From: Chitinophagaceae bacterium
GTDB taxonomy: Bacteria; Bacteroidota; Bacteroidia; Chitinophagales; Chitinophagaceae
DNA length: 64,000 nucleotides
Reading direction: 5' to 3'
Assembly: GCA_040404045.1 (NCBI GenBank)
Contig: JBBAJN010000002.1
Span: forward strand, 2,514 to 66,513
Below the pieces are notes generated by a model, which was not told the DNA's origin, did not search any database, and saw only the letters and a list, made by a program, of their open reading frames with translations. The translations under genes and the position numbers were made by a program. Below, one piece after another: positions 59,189-64,000 of the stretch; position 1 is the first letter of the stretch, and each line of letters starts with the position of its first letter.

Positions 59189-59863
59189 ATGTTTAGAATA
59201 ATCAGGAAGATCTTATTGTTTCTATTTGTTTCCCATTTTCTTTATCTCATTGTACTGATCTGGATCAATCCTCCCATTACCCTTACGCAGGTGGGCAGTA
59301 TTCTTCAGGGCTATGGACTGAAACGCGACTATGTTGGCCGAGCCAGTATTTCTGCTAATGCCAAGCTTGCGGTGATGGCGTCTGAGGATCAGATCTTCCC
59401 GGACCACGATGGCTTCGATTTTAAAAGTATCAAGAAGGCGATGGCTTATAACGAGAAAAAGCCTGGTCGTGTTCGGGGCGCATCAACCATCAGCCAGCAG
59501 GTGGCGAAGAATGTTTTTCTTTGGCAGGGCAGAAGCTGGGTCAGGAAGGGTCTTGAAGTGTATTTCACGTTCATGATCGAATTGTTTTGGAGCAAGCAGC
59601 GCATCCTGGAAGTGTACCTGAACGTGGCCGAAATGGGCAAGGGGATCTTTGGTATTGAAGCGGCATCGCAGGCCTATTTCAATAAGCCCGCAAAGAACCT
59701 GACCCGTAATGAATCCGCCCTGATCGCGGCCTGTCTTCCCAATCCAAAAAAATATTCGGTTAAGCCGCCCTCGCGCTACGTGTCCATTCGTTCCCGCTGG
59801 GTCCTCCGGCAGATGAGCCATTTGGATGGAGATCCCGAAGTGATGAGCATCCTTAAGCCTTGA
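59189..59863 (+). CDS. mtgA: Monofunctional biosynthetic peptidoglycan transglycosylase
   Basis: ASEDQIFPDHDGFD, RGASTISQQVAKNVFLW, RKGLE, RILEVYLN, LPNP. Confidence 0.95.
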   Translation: MFRIIRKILLFLFVSHFLYLIVLIWINPPITLTQVGSILQGYGLKRDYVGRASISANAKLAVMASEDQIFPDHDGFDFKSIKKAMAYNEKKPGRVRGASTISQQVAKNVFLWQGRSWVRKGLEVYFTFMIELFWSKQRILEVYLNVAEMGKGIFGIEAASQAYFNKPAKNLTRNESALIAACLPNPKKYSVKPPSRYVSIRSRWVLRQMSHLDGDPEVMSILKP

Positions 59864-59909
59864 CTTTGTAAAGGCTTAAGGATGCTCATCATGTGATAAA
59901 TGTGAGGAA

Positions 59910-61568
59910 TTATCGAACGATTAGTTCCCTCGACGAACTATTGAGTGTTGGCCATCCCGGTATGCAGGATTCTATCGCCCATTTATAACGGTAGGTACCC
60001 GGTTTTACGGAGGAAAGATCCACGTCAATGGCGAAGGATGAAGGATTCTCACCGCTATAGATGCCCAGGAATTTTTTGCCCTTCAGGGTATATGCCACAT
60101 CATTATCATGCGCGTATAAAGCGAGGAAGACCGGTGTCTGGCTCTTAGCAAATCGTTGGGTCATCTTACCCCTTAACCTGACGCGCAGTGTTTTGCCATT
60201 TATGATCGCGGCCTTGTTTTGTTCTTCCAGGAAAATATTGGAATGGGAGTAAAATGAGTCTACGATTTTTGAATGCATGGGCCTTCTTTCATTTGGCAGG
60301 CTATCCCGGTAAATGCCCAGGTCATCGAGGTACACCAACAACACTTTCTTTCCCTGCAACTCATCTTCGAGTGGCCAGAAATTGTAGTTGTTTCTTCGAT
60401 ATTGAATGGTATTGAGCGAAAATGAAGGCCTCCCTGTGTAGAACCAATACTGCGATGCGCGCTGATAGGAATTTGGAAATACTACGGGCAGGTATTTCGC
60501 GCTGTCTTTAACGGCCTCCGCCCATTCGCGGGTTTTGTGAAACTCATCTTTTTTGAGCCATGCCTGCGGCTTCACGTCCGCCATCATATATATGCGGGTG
60601 GCAAAGGCGATGAGTAAGGAAGGGACCAGCATCCAGTAGGCCCATTTTCGCCACTGGGGCCTTTCTGTAAGATGTTGGTGCGCGAGTACGATCAGGCCTA
60701 CGAAGGCGGGTACGGTCCAGTTTGCTTCGGACCTTCCTTTGAAGGTGGCGATCAGGAACAGCGAGAAAATGCCAACGGTGGTCCATTTCAGCGTTTTCTC
60801 AAACGGATCTGCGGGCTTCTTGGTAAAGGCAGCGTAAAGGACGAGCCATCCGATCAGTGGTCCGGCGAGAAGCACCTGACCGATGAGGTATTGCAGCGTG
60901 AACTCGAACTGGTACTGGGTAGCGTTCCTTTCAAAAAGATGGTAGTTCACCGAGGGCAGGTTGTGCTGCACCTGCCAGATGATGTGGGGCAGAAATAGCG
61001 CAAATGCTACTGTGGCGGCGAGGTAGGATTGCCATTTCCTAATCAGTTGGGGGTTCGCCAGGAGTGTAAAGAAAATGACCAGCACAGCGTGATATTTGCT
61101 GTATAGCATGCAGGCCATGACCAGGCCGAGGAGCAGGCTGTTCTTCCAGTTGGGTCCGGCGAGGAAGTTTTTCAGGACCGTGAAATAGAGGGCGATGAAA
61201 AACATCAGCGGCAAATCGGGTACGGCGAGGATGCTGCCGATCTGCAGGAGGAACATGGAGGCAGCGATGGTATAAAAAAGAGGGTCGTTCTTTTTTTCGC
61301 AGAGTTTGTCGATCAGATAGAGGGTTAGGGTACTCATCAGCACGATGAAGAAACGCACTCCGAATTCGTTATGGAATAGGGAATCCCCCGCCTTGATCAG
61401 CAGTGCGATCATAGGTGGATGATCGTAATAGCCCCAGTCGGGGAATTTGGAATAGACCCAGTAATAAGCTTCATCGTCGAGCAGTCCGGTATTCTTTGCC
61501 AGCAGGAGGTTCAGGATCAACCAAGACAGGTAAAAAAGATCGCGGGCCTTGGATCGGATAAAATTCAT
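59910..61568 (-). CDS. GT39/ArnT-like (GT-C) membrane glycosyltransferase
   Basis: LLDDEAYYW, YYDHPPMIA, SKYHA; multi-TM with a periplasmic C-terminal domain. Confidence 0.85.
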   Translation of the reverse strand: MNFIRSKARDLFYLSWLILNLLLAKNTGLLDDEAYYWVYSKFPDWGYYDHPPMIALLIKAGDSLFHNEFGVRFFIVLMSTLTLYLIDKLCEKKNDPLFYTIAASMFLLQIGSILAVPDLPLMFFIALYFTVLKNFLAGPNWKNSLLLGLVMACMLYSKYHAVLVIFFTLLANPQLIRKWQSYLAATVAFALFLPHIIWQVQHNLPSVNYHLFERNATQYQFEFTLQYLIGQVLLAGPLIGWLVLYAAFTKKPADPFEKTLKWTTVGIFSLFLIATFKGRSEANWTVPAFVGLIVLAHQHLTERPQWRKWAYWMLVPSLLIAFATRIYMMADVKPQAWLKKDEFHKTREWAEAVKDSAKYLPVVFPNSYQRASQYWFYTGRPSFSLNTIQYRRNNYNFWPLEDELQGKKVLLVYLDDLGIYRDSLPNERRPMHSKIVDSFYSHSNIFLEEQNKAAIINGKTLRVRLRGKMTQRFAKSQTPVFLALYAHDNDVAYTLKGKKFLGIYSGENPSSFAIDVDLSSVKPGTYRYKWAIESCIPGWPTLNSSSRELIVR

Positions 61569-62203
61569 GGGCGAATGGTAAGGTTAGGAAGAAAATGGTG
61601 TATGCCGGCCAGTGCTGCCTGCAGTCGTTCCTCATCGTTCCCTGAGATGTCTACCCAGGGAACATGCTGGTTTACCAGGATATCTTTATACATGAGGTAA
61701 AGCTTTTGCCTGGTGTCATGGTCGGGGTACTCACGAAGTTCATCTTTTGTCCATGGCAGATCCGTATTGCAGAGCAGGTAAAGGTCATAGGGCCTTCCTG
61801 CGATCTGTTCCAGGATGAAGGGGTGGCAATTACCAAATACGAATTCGCACCATACTTTCATCACATACATATTGGTGTCCACCAGCAACAACGGTGTTTT
61901 AGTCTGGCGGTTTTGCTGTTCATTCCATTCCTTGTAGGCCAGGATGGCATATTCATCTTCAAGTGCCAATTGTCCCTTTGCAATGGTGAGGAGGTCGTTG
62001 TACGTATAGGAAGTGCCGTAAGCCAGGAGGTATTCACGGGCGAATTCGGGACACCATGGTGCGTCGAAATGCTGTGAAAGTTCCTCGCAGAGTGTGCTCT
62101 TGCCCGTGGATTCCGGTCCTATCACCACGATGCGTTTTACCGCAGGAGCCTGGATGGCGTTTGATGTATCACGACTTCCCGGTATGGTGGCTTCTGTTTT
62201 CAG
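61565..62203 (-). CDS. NadR-type AAA ATPase / ribosylnicotinamide kinase-like protein
   Basis: KRIVVIGPESTGKSTL, PEFAREYL, LVDTN, DLPWTKDELRE. The frame is open to a CTG at 62203; the track start at 62128 cuts the first beta strand. Confidence 0.82.
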   Translation of the reverse strand: MKTEATIPGSRDTSNAIQAPAVKRIVVIGPESTGKSTLCEELSQHFDAPWCPEFAREYLLAYGTSYTYNDLLTIAKGQLALEDEYAILAYKEWNEQQNRQTKTPLLLVDTNMYVMKVWCEFVFGNCHPFILEQIAGRPYDLYLLCNTDLPWTKDELREYPDHDTRQKLYLMYKDILVNQHVPWVDISGNDEERLQAALAGIHHFLPNLTIRP

Positions 62204-62282
62204 TTATTGTATTTGATGAGTTGATAAGGCCTTTTAGATTTACGAGTGGTATTCAAGGTGCAAAATTAGTTAATGCGTTTAT

Positions 62283-62322
62283 TAATCAGCCAATGAGCAA
62301 ATTAGCCAATTAGTCAATTGAT
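62283..62322. repeat. Degenerate 8-bp tandem array (YAATTRGC), 5 units, overlapping the pnuC stop
   Basis: taatcagc-caatgagc-aaattagc-caattagt-caattgat. Confidence 0.8.
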
Positions 62323-62930
62323 CTCGCCCGCCTTGACCATTCGATCAGTCCTGCTACGGCCAGGATCAGCAAAATAAAATAATAAACGCTGGTGAACACA
62401 TACCCCTTCACAAAATAGAGGGGAATGGAACTGAGGTTTGTCGCGATCCACCACCACCAGCTCTCCACTTTTTTGCGTGCCATGAGCCACATACCTGTAA
62501 ATGCAGTGGCCGATGCAAAGGCATCGGCGACAGGGATGACACCCGGGGCGAATTCTTTTTTGAGGTAGCTGAGTGCAGCGTAGATGGTGACGTACCAGAA
62601 AGCGAAGAAAGTAAGTTGTGCTATCCACATGTTGCGGCTGGAATAACCCACATGTACTTTGGCATGGCTTGATTCGTCTTTCTTTTTCCATAATATCCAG
62701 CCGTATATACTCATGATGGTATAGTAGACATTCACGGCGGCCTCGCCAAAAAGCTGTCCGTGTGCGCTGAGGTAGATATAAATGATGGTGTTGATGAGGC
62801 CTACCGGATAGACGAGGATATTCTCTTTCCTGGAAAAAACCACGCTGGCTATGCCCGCCACTACGGCAACTGCTTCCAGCCAACCGGTTTGAAGCATCCC
62901 CTGAATAAACGAGTTCCAGACTTCCTGCAT
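62310..62930 (-). CDS. pnuC: Nicotinamide riboside transporter PnuC
   Basis: RKENILVYPVGL, YYTIMSIYGWILW, DAFASA...GMWLMARKKVESWWWW; adjacent NadR-like kinase. Confidence 0.88.
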   Translation of the reverse strand: MQEVWNSFIQGMLQTGWLEAVAVVAGIASVVFSRKENILVYPVGLINTIIYIYLSAHGQLFGEAAVNVYYTIMSIYGWILWKKKDESSHAKVHVGYSSRNMWIAQLTFFAFWYVTIYAALSYLKKEFAPGVIPVADAFASATAFTGMWLMARKKVESWWWWIATNLSSIPLYFVKGYVFTSVYYFILLILAVAGLIEWSRRARSID

Positions 62931-62996
62931 GATCGCTCAAAAATCAAAACAAATATTCACAACAAGAAATTTCATATTTGTATAAATGTTTGGGGT

Positions 62997-63998
62997 ATGA
63001 AGATATCAGTTTTAGGAGCCGGGATGGTGGGCAGGGCCATGGCACTTGACCTCGCATGGAACCATGAAGTGAGGGTGTTTGATTACAGCGAGTATAATTT
63101 ATCGTTGTTGAGGCAGCGGAACCAAACCATTGATACCATACACGCTGATCTTACGAAGCACGGGCATTTTGGGGAATGGCTCAAAGACGCGGATCTGGTA
63201 TTGATCGCCGTGCCGGGCTTCATGGGGTTCAGTACGGTGAAGGCGGTGATTGAGACGGGAAAAAATATTGTAGATATATCGTTCTTCCCGGAGAACGCGC
63301 TGGAACTGGATGCCCTGGCGAAAAAGCATGGCGTTACAGTGATCACGGATTGTGGTGTGGCGCCAGGTATGAGTAATTATATCATTGGCAGGTATAATGA
63401 GGAAATGAGGATCGATGCCTTCGAGGTCTATGTGGGTGGTTTGCCTAAGCTGCGTAAAAAACCCTTTGAGTACAAGGCGCCTTTTTCCCCTGTTGATGTG
63501 ATCGAGGAGTACACCCGTCCGGCACGCATTATGGAGAATGGCCACATTGTAGTGAAGCCTGCCCTCACAGAGCTGGAGTGGATGGATTTTGATGAATTGG
63601 GAACGCTGGAATCCTTTAATACGGATGGCCTCAGGTCATTGTTATTCACGATGCCGCATATTACCAACCAGAAGGAGAAAACGCTTCGTTACCCCGGGCA
63701 TGTGGAGCTGATCATTGCATTGAGGGAAGCCGGTTTTTTCAGTGAGGAAGAGATTGAGGTCAATGGACATAAGATCAGCCCCCTCGCATTCACGTCCAGG
63801 ATCCTTTTCAGGGAATGGAGGCTGGGTGAAGAGGAAGAAGAGCTGACGGTGATGAAGGTGATCCTGCACGGGGAAGGCAGAACGGTGACGTACAGTATGC
63901 TGGACCGTTATGACGCGGCTACGAAGACCTCATCCATGAGCAGGAGCACGGGCTATGTGGCCACGGCAACGGTGAATATGGTGGGAGCCGGACTGTTT
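62997..63998 (+). CDS. Saccharopine dehydrogenase / lysine 6-dehydrogenase family protein, 3' partial (not in ORF track)
   Basis: My translation: MKISVLGAGMVGRAMALDL...AVPGFMGF...DISFFPE...DCGVAPGMSN...YVGGLP...FSPVDVIEEYTRPAR; no stop before the window end. Confidence 0.88.
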   Translation, partial: MKISVLGAGMVGRAMALDLAWNHEVRVFDYSEYNLSLLRQRNQTIDTIHADLTKHGHFGEWLKDADLVLIAVPGFMGFSTVKAVIETGKNIVDISFFPENALELDALAKKHGVTVITDCGVAPGMSNYIIGRYNEEMRIDAFEVYVGGLPKLRKKPFEYKAPFSPVDVIEEYTRPARIMENGHIVVKPALTELEWMDFDELGTLESFNTDGLRSLLFTMPHITNQKEKTLRYPGHVELIIALREAGFFSEEEIEVNGHKISPLAFTSRILFREWRLGEEEEELTVMKVILHGEGRTVTYSMLDRYDAATKTSSMSRSTGYVATATVNMVGAGLF

Positions 63999-64000
63999 GA

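Noticed and set aside
62931-62996. Possible TPP or other riboswitch upstream of pnuC
   Set aside because: Only 66 nt of AT-rich divergent promoter with no aptamer core; the adjacent NadR-like kinase favours nicotinamide riboside uptake.

Overview
Chromosomal segment from a Bacteroidota bacterium, probably Chitinophagaceae-like: it shows TAnnTTTG -7 promoters, no Shine-Dalgarno motifs, and Bacteroidota-type IPExxxVDY and DUF2480 genes. The window appears to contain the replication origin, a DnaA-box cluster with DnaA-trios and an AT-rich unwinding element at ~35.9-36.4 kb between nadA and a PpiD/SurA-type gene, plus two parS sites beside mnmG. Most of it is housekeeping (mnmG, ybeY, nadD, asnS, rho, mnmH-selD, feoA/feoB, nadA, corA, kdsB, dnaN, recX, thiL, suhB, mtgA, pnuC). 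The stand-out accessory block is a ~10 kb sulfur-oxidation cluster at 5.6-15.5 kb: SQR, Tat-exported SoxB-like hydrolase, TsdA diheme cytochrome c, split YeeE/YedE pair, OprD-like porin, persulfide dioxygenase-rhodanese, TauE and Crp/Fnr. It has no soxYZ/soxXA/soxCD in the window, and four of its promoters carry a CRP-like TGA-N6-TCAC box at a fixed distance from the -7 element. Other oddities are a pair of YbjN/CesT-like proteins (one fused to a cytoplasmic trypsin-like protease and Zn-ribbon), self-complementary 8-bp tandem arrays at gene junctions, several apparently leaderless genes, and a probable CTG start. I recognised no rRNA, tRNA, CRISPR array or IS element. Family assignments come from motif recognition, not database searches, and several starts were adjusted by eye from the ORF track.
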